A stretch of DNA of 64,000 nucleotides from Rhodothermales bacterium. Lineage in GTDB: Bacteria > Bacteroidota > Rhodothermia > Rhodothermales > JBHHWM01. Each line of letters begins with the position of its first letter. Positions within the stretch are counted from its first letter, which is position 1. The DNA is taken from contig JBHHWM010000002.1 of NCBI GenBank assembly GCA_046756545.1, forward strand, positions 5,776 through 69,775, written 5' to 3'. The notes under the pieces are model-generated. The model was given only the letters and a program-made list of their open reading frames with translations. It was not told the origin of the DNA and made no database searches. Below are positions 48,334 to 57,236 of the stretch, piece by piece. The position numbers and the translations under genes are program-made.

Positions 48334-48421
48334 GATCTATTCTCAGGTCTCATGATGCCCGGCCCCTCGATGCGCTTGTAGGGGCTTCCTGGATGAACGC
48401 CCTGGACGGCCCAAGGGAACC

Positions 48422-49681
48422 CTAACGCCCGGCTTCTTTCCTCGCTTCGAAGAGGGCGGTCAGCGCGATGCGTTCGGCGTCGGTCAGGTGTTTTTGGCGG
48501 CGGGCCATGACCGTTTCGGCCACGCGTAGTGCTTTGTCCAGGCGGTATTCAACGAATCCGGTGGCGGCGCTGCCCCATGAAAACGAGGGCAGGGTGCGCG
48601 GCGGCAAACCGGCCCCGTAGATGTTGCAGAACACGCCGACGACGGTGCCCGTGTTGAAGGTGGCGTTGATGCCGCACTTCGAATGATCGCCCATGAACAG
48701 GCCGAGAAACTGTCGCCCTGTGGGGTCGAAGGCTCCCGTCGCTGCATCGAAGAGCGTGATGGGGCCGTAGTCGTTTTTGAGGTTGGACGTGTTGGTGCCC
48801 GCGCCCAGGTTGCACCATCGACCCAGGTACGAATGGCCCAGGAAGCCGACGTGCGCTTTATTGGAGAAGGAATGCACGAGGCTGTCGTGCACCTCGCCGC
48901 CGACTTTGCTTCGCTCGCCGATAGCGCTTCCCTCGATGTTCGCCGCTACCTTGATGTGCGTGCCCGGTCCCACGTACACCGGGCCTTTCACGACGGCGTG
49001 TTCCATGACGGTGGCGTGCTCGTCGATGAAGATGGGGCCTCCCTCTGCGTTCAGGATCACGCCTGGGCGGAGGGTGGCACCGGGAGCCACGTAGATGCGC
49101 TCTTCTTCGATCAAAACGGCGCTCTCGTGAATCCCGGCCCCGGTGCGATCCTGGAGAGACCGCCCGGCGGTGCGGGCCGCGAAGTCGCGCAGGAGGGCCG
49201 GGCGTAGGGCGTCGATGAGGTGCCACAGGCGATCCACCAGCCGGGCTCCTTCCACCGTTTCTTCAGGCAGCCCCTCGAACGTCGCTCGTGCGACGGCCTC
49301 GGCCTGCACGAGCCCGTCACGGGCACGGGGCACCCACGCGGCGACGACCTCTTCGTCCTGCACGAAAACGCGGGCCGGTTCTCCATTGCGGGCGGCCCGC
49401 CGCAGCCGTTCGAGCAGCGGACCGTCCTCGGCAATCAGGCGGCCGTTGACGAACAGCACGTCGGCATCGTGCGGGATGCGGTTCGCGGGCAGGTTGTTTT
49501 CCTGAGCCGTTACGGGGGCGATGAGCGAGCGAGCGTGCAACAGCGTCGGGGGGGCGGCAAACGCCTCTCGCGTGGTTTCGAGCAGGGTGCGGATACCCAG
49601 GCGGAGATCATAGACGGCGCGGGTAGCTACCAGGGGCAGCAGGTGATCGATCTGGTCGTCTTCGAAGAGGCAAAGATACAT
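48422..49681 (-). CDS. GlmU-like putative sugar nucleotidyltransferase/acetyltransferase (left-handed beta-helix)
   Basis: The N-terminus, [15 protein letters not shown]...[15 protein letters not shown], is typical of the alternative bacterial GlmU-like family. The C-terminal half has hexapeptide repeats ([28 protein letters not shown]). Confidence 0.68.
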   Translation of the reverse strand: MYLCLFEDDQIDHLLPLVATRAVYDLRLGIRTLLETTREAFAAPPTLLHARSLIAPVTAQENNLPANRIPHDADVLFVNGRLIAEDGPLLERLRRAARNGEPARVFVQDEEVVAAWVPRARDGLVQAEAVARATFEGLPEETVEGARLVDRLWHLIDALRPALLRDFAARTAGRSLQDRTGAGIHESAVLIEEERIYVAPGATLRPGVILNAEGGPIFIDEHATVMEHAVVKGPVYVGPGTHIKVAANIEGSAIGERSKVGGEVHDSLVHSFSNKAHVGFLGHSYLGRWCNLGAGTNTSNLKNDYGPITLFDAATGAFDPTGRQFLGLFMGDHSKCGINATFNTGTVVGVFCNIYGAGLPPRTLPSFSWGSAATGFVEYRLDKALRVAETVMARRQKHLTDAERIALTALFEARKEAGR

Positions 49682-49874
49682 CGTGTTCGGCCCGGATCCG
49701 GTGGAAAACGTGAACGGAGGCCCCGGTTCGGAACGATTTCCGAGAGGGCGTCCGGCGTCAACAAGAAATTACCAAAACCCCGTACAACCTAGGAACCCGG
49801 CTAGGCGTTCTCAAGAGAAAGCTGTACTTTGTTACAGCGCGCCTTCCACTACACCCGATTCATCCAGCTATACC

Positions 49875-50549
49875 ATGAAGTTTTTTGTCGATACCGCCAA
49901 CCTCGACGAGATCAAGGAAGCCAACGACATGGGCGTCCTCGACGGCGTCACCACCAATCCCTCGTTGATGAAGAAGGTGGGGAACGTAGATTTCCACGAG
50001 CATATCTACAAGATCTGCGAAGTGGTCGATGGAGACGTTTCTGCCGAGGTGACGGCGACGGATTTTGGCGGCATCATGCAGCAGGCGCGCCAACTGGCCG
50101 CCATTCACAAAAACGTCGTCGTAAAAGTGCCGCTCATTCTAGACGGCATCAAGGCTATTAAGGCCCTGAAGGCCGAAGGCATTCGCACCAACTGCACGTT
50201 GTGCTTCTCGCCCACCCAGGCGCTCATTGCCGCCAAAGCCGGGGCCGCATACATCAGCCCCTTCATAGGCCGCATCGACGACATCTCGTCGGACGGTATG
50301 CGGCTGGTGGAGCAGATCGTGCAAATCTATGCCAACTACGGCTTCGAAACGGAAGTGCTGGCGGCGTCCATTCGCCACCCGATGCACGTGGTGGAAGCCG
50401 CTATGATGGGCGCGCACGTAGCGACAATGCCGTTCAAGGTGATCAAAAACCTCCTCCGCCATCCGCTTACCGATATCGGTCTTGAGAAATTCCTTGCCGA
50501 CTGGGAAGCGTTCCAGGCGGCGCAGCAAACCGACGTGCGGATGGCATAG
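49875..50549 (+). CDS. fsa: Fructose-6-phosphate aldolase / type 3B transaldolase
   Basis: The motifs are [56 protein letters not shown] and ASIRHP. It is collinear with Bacillus YwjH/Fsa as I remember it. Confidence 0.9.
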   Translation: MKFFVDTANLDEIKEANDMGVLDGVTTNPSLMKKVGNVDFHEHIYKICEVVDGDVSAEVTATDFGGIMQQARQLAAIHKNVVVKVPLILDGIKAIKALKAEGIRTNCTLCFSPTQALIAAKAGAAYISPFIGRIDDISSDGMRLVEQIVQIYANYGFETEVLAASIRHPMHVVEAAMMGAHVATMPFKVIKNLLRHPLTDIGLEKFLADWEAFQAAQQTDVRMA

Positions 50550-50578
50550 TCTACTTTTCTAACCATAGCCCGGTTCTT

Positions 50579-51229
50579 ATGGCAGACAAGGTGTTGAAGT
50601 ATGAAGGAGAAGACGTGATTGTGGCCTATAACGTGCGTCGTTGTATCCACATGGCCGAATGCGTGCACGGCCTGCCGGCGGTATTCGATCCCGAGCGCCG
50701 TCCCTGGGTCCGTCCCGATGAAGCCGCCGCCGATCCTCTTACGGAGGTGGTGACGCGGTGTCCTACAGGGGCGCTACAGTTCACCCGAAAAGACGGCGGA
50801 CCGGAGGAAGCCGTCCCGGATCAAAACACCGTCACCGTCGACCCCGACGGCCCGCTCTTCGTTCGCGGAGACATCGAAATCGTCATGCCCGACGGCTCCG
50901 TACTGCTCAGGGAGACCAGGGTGGCCTTGTGCCGGTGCGGCGCGTCGAACAACAAGCCGTTCTGCGACAACAGCCACGGAAATATCGATTTTCAGGATTC
51001 GGGTGTTTTTCGAGAGGTGCGAGTCAAGTCAGAAAAAGAGGGGGAAGACGGTCTGCTGCGGGTGCGGCCCTCGCGCAACGGCCCGCTGCTGGTTCAAGGG
51101 CCTCTCGACCTCATCGGTGCCGAGGAGCGTGTGCGGGGCAGCCAGGCGGCGCTGTGCCGGTGCGGTGCGTCGAGCAACAAGCCTTTCTGCGACGGCACGC
51201 ACAACACCATCGGCTTCACGTCGGAGTGA
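50579..51229 (+). CDS. Iron-sulfur protein: divergent 4Fe-4S mono-cluster domain + two CDGSH domains
   Basis: The N-terminal part, RRCIHMAECVHGLPAVFDPERRPWV...RCPTGAL, looks like a Fer4_19 domain. It is followed by CRCGASNNKPFCDNSH and CRCGASSNKPFCDGTH, which are CDGSH-type 2Fe-2S motifs. Confidence 0.8.
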   Translation: MADKVLKYEGEDVIVAYNVRRCIHMAECVHGLPAVFDPERRPWVRPDEAAADPLTEVVTRCPTGALQFTRKDGGPEEAVPDQNTVTVDPDGPLFVRGDIEIVMPDGSVLLRETRVALCRCGASNNKPFCDNSHGNIDFQDSGVFREVRVKSEKEGEDGLLRVRPSRNGPLLVQGPLDLIGAEERVRGSQAALCRCGASSNKPFCDGTHNTIGFTSE

Positions 51230-51237
51230 GCGAGGGC

Positions 51238-51657
51238 CTACGCGCCCTGGATGTGTGCGACGAACAACTGCTCCAGCGTGGCTTCAGGGTTGCGGGTCCG
51301 ACCGGTGTGAACCTCGGAGGTCTGGAGCATCGCGGAACGCGGGGTGGTGAGCCAGTGAAAGCGTTCGGACGGCGGCAGCAGGCCGATCAGTCCGGCATCG
51401 GGGGTGCCCCGGCAGATACGCTGGTACGCATCTAGATAGCGCTCGATCAGTTCTACGTCGATGGTAGGGCAGAGCCTTGTAAGGTGATGCCGGTTCAGGT
51501 AGAGGCGGATGTCGAGGTAGTCGGCGGTACGCGCATGTAGCACCACGCCGACGTTTTGAAAGGAGCAGAGATGGATCAGCGGCACCACCCGCACGATGGC
51601 GTAGTCATAGTCGATCCAGGTCGAATCGGGAGGAGGCGGTGTCGGCGGCGGCTTCAT
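51238..51657 (-). CDS. DUF3037 domain-containing protein
   Basis: The segments YDYAIVRVVPLIHLCSFQNVGVVLHA and ERFHWLTTPRSAMLQTSEVH match my recollection of DUF3037. Its ATG overlaps the stop of the upstream kinase-like gene (ATGA at 51654-51657). Confidence 0.68.
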   Translation of the reverse strand: MKPPPTPPPPDSTWIDYDYAIVRVVPLIHLCSFQNVGVVLHARTADYLDIRLYLNRHHLTRLCPTIDVELIERYLDAYQRICRGTPDAGLIGLLPPSERFHWLTTPRSAMLQTSEVHTGRTRNPEATLEQLFVAHIQGA

Positions 51658-52493
51658 CGGCGGTAGGGGAGCGGCTGAGAGGGTTGCCGGTTGCGTGCGC
51701 GCCGGGCCTGTATCGCTTCTTCTAAAAACGGGCGTGGCCCGCGAAGGCGCTGCCGTAAATAATCATAATAGGCCCGGCGATTCTCTTCGGCCGAGGCGAA
51801 GGGGGGGCGGCGGCCTTCCGGGGCATCCATGAGCAACTCTTCCGGAATGAGGGCGACCGTTTCGCTCAGCACGTCGTCGTGGAGGCGGGTCGTCATCCGG
51901 GTGTCGGCGGCTTCGAGGTCGCCGGCGAGCGGCAAGAGTACATGATCCTTGATGAGCGGGAAGGACGTGTGGATGCCGGCTTCGTTCAGCCCGTCCCAGT
52001 TATGGTGAAAGTAGAGGGCCGCGCCGTGGTCGATCATCCAGAGGCGACGGTCCCATAGCAAAAAATTGGGGTTGCGCGGGGTACGGTCGATGTTGGTGAC
52101 GTAGGCGTCGAACCATACGATGTCGGCGGCCAGGTCCGGCGAGACGAAGTCGCCCACGGCCACCGGGTCGAAGTTGAATGCCCCGTCGAGATAGCGCAGG
52201 CCGACGTTGAGTCCCCGGCTGCCTTTCAGGATGTCCTGGATCTCGGGGTCGCGCTCCGTCCGGCCGAAGGCGGCATCGAGATAAATCAGGGCCAGTTCGG
52301 GCACCGGCAACCCGGCGCGTTGGGCCAGCAACCCGACGATGAACTCGGCGATCAGCGCGCGCGCTCCCTGACCGGCCCCGCGAAACTTGACGACGTACAG
52401 GCCGCCGTCCTCGGTATCGAGGATAGCCGGTAGCGAGCCGCCTTCGCGGAGCGGCACCACGTACCGGGTGGCGGTATGCGTAGGGAGCATCAT
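51654..52493 (-). CDS. HipA-like / PI3-4-kinase-like small kinase family protein
   Basis: It has a Gly-rich loop context, LYVVKFRGAGQGARALIAEF. Its catalytic-loop-like VTNIDRTPRNPNFLLW...MIDHGAA is analogous to the HipA GN.DxHxKN / DxG motifs. This is the family usually found next to DUF3037. Confidence 0.62.
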   Translation of the reverse strand: MMLPTHTATRYVVPLREGGSLPAILDTEDGGLYVVKFRGAGQGARALIAEFIVGLLAQRAGLPVPELALIYLDAAFGRTERDPEIQDILKGSRGLNVGLRYLDGAFNFDPVAVGDFVSPDLAADIVWFDAYVTNIDRTPRNPNFLLWDRRLWMIDHGAALYFHHNWDGLNEAGIHTSFPLIKDHVLLPLAGDLEAADTRMTTRLHDDVLSETVALIPEELLMDAPEGRRPPFASAEENRRAYYDYLRQRLRGPRPFLEEAIQARRARNRQPSQPLPYRR

Positions 52494-52787
52494 TGCGTTA
52501 GGGGGCAGTCCGGGCGTAAGAGGTCGAGGTGCTGCAATCTACTGATTCCTCGTCGAAGGAAAAACGCACCGGTGTTGGGCGGGGGAGCGCGCATGAGTTC
52601 GACGCCCCAGTGTTTTGGATGAACAAGATTGGATGGAACGCGCGGCAAAGAGTTCCAGTTTTCGGTTTTCAGCGCATGGAAAACGCATCGAAACAATTCG
52701 CTTGTTCGCCCCGTTTTTTTTGCGCCTTTTCGTTGGAGGTCCCATGAGAGGGCGGATTGTTGACAGGCAAGACCTCGGTAGTAGCGT

Positions 52788-54182
52788 ATGATCTTCATGG
52801 CCCTGGGTGATACCGATGCCATTGGCGCAAGCTGTCATTTTCTGAAGGTTGAAGGAACAGGCCTCGTGCTCGATGCCGGTGCCGATCCGGATGAAGAAGG
52901 TCTCGCCAGTCTTCCCCAGTTCGATGTCATTCATGCCAACCCCGGCTGGTATGTAGATCATGCCATCATTACGCACGCCCACCACGATCATATCGGGGCG
53001 CTGCCGGTGCTGGTCGAGCATTTCCCACATGTGCTCGTCCACATGACGCGGGCCACCCGCGATCTGGCGGAATTTGTGTTGCCGGCCTCGGCCCGGTTGC
53101 AGCGTCGCCGGTTGCGCGAGGGCTCGTCGGTGCATCAGCCCCTCTTCGACGAGGAACAACTGGAAGTGCTCAACTATCTCTACCTGACGCACGAACTCGA
53201 AGCATCGTTCGATGTGACGGGTCTTCGGACTACGTCGCCGGTGACTGCACGATTTTACTACTCCGGTCATATTCTTGGCTCGGCGGGGGTGTTGTTGACG
53301 TTTGAGGAAGAGGGACGGGAGCGCCGCGTCTTCTATTCCAGCGACACCAACCTGCGGCATCAATCCATCATTCCCGGCGGGCATTACCCCGAATCCCCCG
53401 TCGATGTGCTCATTATGGAATCCACCATGGGGGCCGATCCCGAAGCCGAGTTGACGACGCGTCGCACCGAGGAACACAAATTCCAGGAAGCGTTGTTGCG
53501 GGTGGTTGAGCGAGGAGGTACGGTGTTGGTGCCAGTGTTTGCGCTGGGGCGAGCGCAGGAGACGCTCGCGCTCATCGACCGTTTCAAGCAGCGGGGGCTG
53601 TTGCCCGAGGACGTACCTGTGTATACGGCCGGAGGGATGCGTGCCATCGCCGATGTGTATGACCGAACGCGCTATGTTACGCCCCGCCTGAACCCTGACT
53701 TCCAGGTCTATGAGGTGGACCAACGCCGGATGCCGCGTACCTACACGGCCAAGCGAAATGCCCTCGAAGGACCGAGCATCCACGTGGTCAGCAGCGGGAT
53801 GATGTTTGAAGGATCGCTCTCGAACTGGGTGGCGCAGCGACTGGTAGAGGATGAGAAAAATGCTATTTTTCTCGTTGGTTTTTCGAAGGAAGACGCCCCG
53901 GCGGATCGGCTGCTCAGTGCAGCGCAGAATGATGCAAGGGAGGTGGTGCTCGATGCGGATATAGGGGCCCAACCGCTACGTTGCGAGGTTGAGCGGTTTC
54001 GCTTCAGCGGCCACAGCCACCGCCGCGACCTGATCCAACTCGTCGAAAAACTCAATCCGAAGAAGGTGATCCTCGTCCACGGTGAAGGAGGCGCGCGCGA
54101 GTGGATGGCCGATAATATTCAGTTTTTCTACCCGGAGATCGACGTTTTTATGCCCGAAGCCGGTGTGCCGCTCGACGTTTAG
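52788..54182 (+). CDS. MBL-fold beta-CASP family hydrolase (RNA-metabolising, RNase J/CPSF-like)
   Basis: The motifs are GASCHFLKVEG..LVLDAG and ITHAHHDHIGALP (HxHxDH). Beta-CASP-like motifs are SSDTN and ESTMG. The C-terminal FSGHSHRRDL...KKVILVHGE is RMMBL-like. Confidence 0.75.
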   Translation: MIFMALGDTDAIGASCHFLKVEGTGLVLDAGADPDEEGLASLPQFDVIHANPGWYVDHAIITHAHHDHIGALPVLVEHFPHVLVHMTRATRDLAEFVLPASARLQRRRLREGSSVHQPLFDEEQLEVLNYLYLTHELEASFDVTGLRTTSPVTARFYYSGHILGSAGVLLTFEEEGRERRVFYSSDTNLRHQSIIPGGHYPESPVDVLIMESTMGADPEAELTTRRTEEHKFQEALLRVVERGGTVLVPVFALGRAQETLALIDRFKQRGLLPEDVPVYTAGGMRAIADVYDRTRYVTPRLNPDFQVYEVDQRRMPRTYTAKRNALEGPSIHVVSSGMMFEGSLSNWVAQRLVEDEKNAIFLVGFSKEDAPADRLLSAAQNDAREVVLDADIGAQPLRCEVERFRFSGHSHRRDLIQLVEKLNPKKVILVHGEGGAREWMADNIQFFYPEIDVFMPEAGVPLDV

Positions 54183-54269
54183 TTTGACGTTTGATGTTCG
54201 AAGCCATTGTACTTTTTACAGAAGAAGCGGACATTGGACTTTGCATGCTGACCTTCGAACGGACTCCTT

Positions 54270-57200
54270 ATGCCGTCTATTCCTACGCCGTCTGCCGAAT
54301 TGCTGGATGATTTTGCGGCCGGGCTCCGGCCCCGGCTCGTCGGTGATCTTCGCATCGATGCCCTGACGCGTGTCGTCTATGCCACCGATGCCAGCCTGTA
54401 TCAGATTCAGCCTCTCGGTGTGCTGATCCCGAAACATGTGGACGACGTACAGGCGGCGCTGGAGGGGGCGGCGCGCTATCAGATTCCCGTTCTGCCGAGA
54501 GGCGGCGGCTCGTCGCTGGCCGGGCAAACCGTCGGGGCCGCCCTCGTTATCGACTTCACGAAACACCTCGACGCCCTTCACGAGATCAATGCGGACGAAC
54601 GATGGGTGCGCGTGCAGCCGGGCCTCGTGCTCGATCATCTCAACGCGGCCCTGGCCCCGCGCGGCCTGATGGTAGGACCGGATCCCGCCAGCAGCAACCG
54701 CGCCACGCTCGGCGGCATGGTCGGGAATAACTCGACGGGTACACACTCCATCCTCTACGGCAACCTCGTCCGCCACATCCTTGAAATTCGCGCGCTTCTG
54801 GCCGATGGATCTCCGGTCGCCTTCAACGCGCTCGACGCCGCCGCCTGGCGTGCCCGGACGAAACAGACCGGGTTCGAAGGACTCATCTATCGCGGGCTCG
54901 ATCAACTCCTCAAGGCGCGCGGCCCGATCATCGAGCGCGACACGCCGAAGCACTGGCGGCGCAACAGCGGCTACCGGCTGGAATATGTGCTCAACGAAAA
55001 CGGAGAAGCCGGGCGTCCGGCCACGACGCGCAACGTGGCCCAGTTGCTCTGCGGCAGCGAGGGAACCCTGGCCGTCAGCACGGAACTGACGCTCTCGCTC
55101 GTGCCGCGCCCGAAGCGAACGGCGCTGGGTATCGTGCATTTCCACGCACGCCCGGAGGCTCTGCGCGCCGTGACGACGATCCTGGAAACCGAACCGTCGG
55201 CTGTCGAACTTCTGGACGGCGTGGCCATCGAACAGACGCGCCGGACGCCCGGTTTTGCACACCGCCTGACGTTCGTAGAGGGAAGTCCGGGTGCGGTGCT
55301 GATCACCGAGTATTACGGCGAAGCAGAACGCACCCTTCGGTCCAGGTTGGAGGATCTCGAACGCGCCCTCGACCGGGCAGGGCAGGGCTATGCCGTCGTC
55401 CGGGTCGTCGAGCCGTCGCAAATCCAGAATGTGTGGGCCGTTCGCAAGGCAGGGCTCGGGCTGATCATGGGGGTCAAGGGGGAGTATAAACCGGTCGCCG
55501 TCATCGAAGACGCCTCCGTGCCGGTCGAACACCTCGCCGATTACATAGAGGAACTGGATCGCCTGCTGGCCGAGACGGACACACGGGCCGCCTACTATGC
55601 GCACGCTTCAGCCGGGTGCCTGCACGTGCGTCCGTTTCTCAATACCAGGGACCCGCGTGACGTGGCGAAGATGCGCGAAATCAGCCAGGGATCGATGGAA
55701 CTGGTGGCCAGGTACGGCGGCTCGGTGTCGTCGGAGCACGGCGACGGGCTTGTGCGGGGCTGGCTCAACGAACGATTCCTCGGGCCGGATCTCTACCAGG
55801 TTCATCGTGAACTCAAGGAGATCTTCGATCCGGAATGTATACTCAACCCCGGCAAGATCGTCGACACGCCGCCGCCCGGCGACAACCTGCGCCTGGGTCC
55901 TGCCTACCGAGCCATGCCGATCCGCGAAATGCTGGACTGGTCGAGGGACGGCAGCTTGGCGGAGGCGGTGGAAATGTGCAACGGCAACGGAGCCTGTCGT
56001 AAGCTTCACAGCGGGGTGATGTGCCCGAGCTTTATGGCCACGCGGGAAGAAGAACATTCGACGCGGGGGCGGGCCAATGCGCTGCGCGCCGCGATGTCGG
56101 GCCTGCTTCCGCCGGAGGAATGGACCGGCGCGCGCATGTACGAGGTGATGGATCTGTGCATCCAGTGCAAGGCGTGCAAGGTAGAGTGTACCTCCAACGT
56201 GGACATGGCCAAGATGAAGACCGAGTGGCTGAGCCACTACCAGGAGGCTAACGGCCCGTCGCGGCGGGCGCGACTTTTTGTTTATCAGCCGCGTCTGGCG
56301 CGGTTGCTGAGTGGGGGCGTGAAGGCCCGCATCGTGAACTGGGCGAGCAGCTTGAAGCCGGTACGCGCCTTGTTGAAACAAACGCTCGGCATCAGCCCGG
56401 AACGCACGGTGCCCCCGTTTGCCCGCGAGCCGTTCACAACCTGGTTTGCCGGGCAGCAGTGGGAGGATGAAGGGGCCTCCGTGGTGCTTTTTGCCGACAC
56501 GTTCAACAACTATCAGCATCCCGAGACGGCGCGGGCCGCCGCCGAATTTTTACACCGAACCGGGTACCGCGTCATCGTACCCGATGCTCGGACCTGTTGC
56601 GGGCGTCCCTTCTTGTCGAAAGGGTTCGTTACCGAGGCGCAGGAACGCGCGCTCCAGACCGTTGACGCCCTGTACCCGTACGCCGAGCAGGGCTTGCCTA
56701 TCGTCGGGTTGGAGCCGAGTTGCATCCTCACGTTTTTGGACGAGTTTCTGACGCTCTTGCCCGGCGATCTGCGGGCCCGGCGCGTGGCCGAAGTGACGAT
56801 GACCTTCGAGCAATACGTGGCACGGCTCGCCGATGCAGGCGCGCTCGCCGATGTCGCCTGGACGGACGACACCCGCCGGGTGTTGCTGCACGGGCATTGC
56901 CATCAAAAAGCCCTTGTCGGCACCGGGCCGGCCGAACGCTGCCTGTCGTTGCCGCCCAGCTACACGACCGAGACGGTCGATGCGGGCTGTTGCGGCATGG
57001 CGGGAGCCTTCGGATACGAGAAAGAGCACTACGCGCTGTCGATCAAGATGGCGGAACACCGCCTCGCGCCGGCCGTCCGGGCGGCTGCCGAAGATACGAT
57101 CATTGCGGCGGCGGGTACTTCGTGCCGGGCGCAGATTCGGGACACCACGGGCCGCCACGCGTTGCACCCCGCCGAGGTGTTGCGCGATGCGCTGGCATAG
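54270..57200 (+). CDS. FAD-linked oxidase fused to 4Fe-4S and CCG (Fe-S oxidoreductase) domains, YdiJ-like 2-hydroxyacid dehydrogenase
   Basis: It is 976 aa. The FAD_binding_4 region is VLPRGGGSSLAGQTVG. The FAD-oxidase C-terminal part is SSEHGDG. The ferredoxin cysteines are CNGNGACRK and CIQCKACKVEC. Two CCG-type Cys motifs are present (TCCGRP and AGCCGMAG). Confidence 0.85.
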   Translation: MPSIPTPSAELLDDFAAGLRPRLVGDLRIDALTRVVYATDASLYQIQPLGVLIPKHVDDVQAALEGAARYQIPVLPRGGGSSLAGQTVGAALVIDFTKHLDALHEINADERWVRVQPGLVLDHLNAALAPRGLMVGPDPASSNRATLGGMVGNNSTGTHSILYGNLVRHILEIRALLADGSPVAFNALDAAAWRARTKQTGFEGLIYRGLDQLLKARGPIIERDTPKHWRRNSGYRLEYVLNENGEAGRPATTRNVAQLLCGSEGTLAVSTELTLSLVPRPKRTALGIVHFHARPEALRAVTTILETEPSAVELLDGVAIEQTRRTPGFAHRLTFVEGSPGAVLITEYYGEAERTLRSRLEDLERALDRAGQGYAVVRVVEPSQIQNVWAVRKAGLGLIMGVKGEYKPVAVIEDASVPVEHLADYIEELDRLLAETDTRAAYYAHASAGCLHVRPFLNTRDPRDVAKMREISQGSMELVARYGGSVSSEHGDGLVRGWLNERFLGPDLYQVHRELKEIFDPECILNPGKIVDTPPPGDNLRLGPAYRAMPIREMLDWSRDGSLAEAVEMCNGNGACRKLHSGVMCPSFMATREEEHSTRGRANALRAAMSGLLPPEEWTGARMYEVMDLCIQCKACKVECTSNVDMAKMKTEWLSHYQEANGPSRRARLFVYQPRLARLLSGGVKARIVNWASSLKPVRALLKQTLGISPERTVPPFAREPFTTWFAGQQWEDEGASVVLFADTFNNYQHPETARAAAEFLHRTGYRVIVPDARTCCGRPFLSKGFVTEAQERALQTVDALYPYAEQGLPIVGLEPSCILTFLDEFLTLLPGDLRARRVAEVTMTFEQYVARLADAGALADVAWTDDTRRVLLHGHCHQKALVGTGPAERCLSLPPSYTTETVDAGCCGMAGAFGYEKEHYALSIKMAEHRLAPAVRAAAEDTIIAAAGTSCRAQIRDTTGRHALHPAEVLRDALA

Positions 57201-57236
57201 GGTGTCGTAGATGCAGATTCCATACATGATGATGCC

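Noticed and set aside
51238-52493. Calling the kinase/DUF3037 pair a bona fide hipBA toxin-antitoxin or a defence system
   Set aside because: There is no HTH HipB-like antitoxin. The gene order is reversed relative to hipBA. Nothing in the sequence shows toxicity or phage-related context. I keep it as a hypothesis only.
52539-53972. 477-aa minus-strand ORF opposite the beta-CASP hydrolase gene
   Set aside because: The plus-strand frame carries HxHxDH and beta-CASP/RMMBL motifs. The minus frame has shadow composition.
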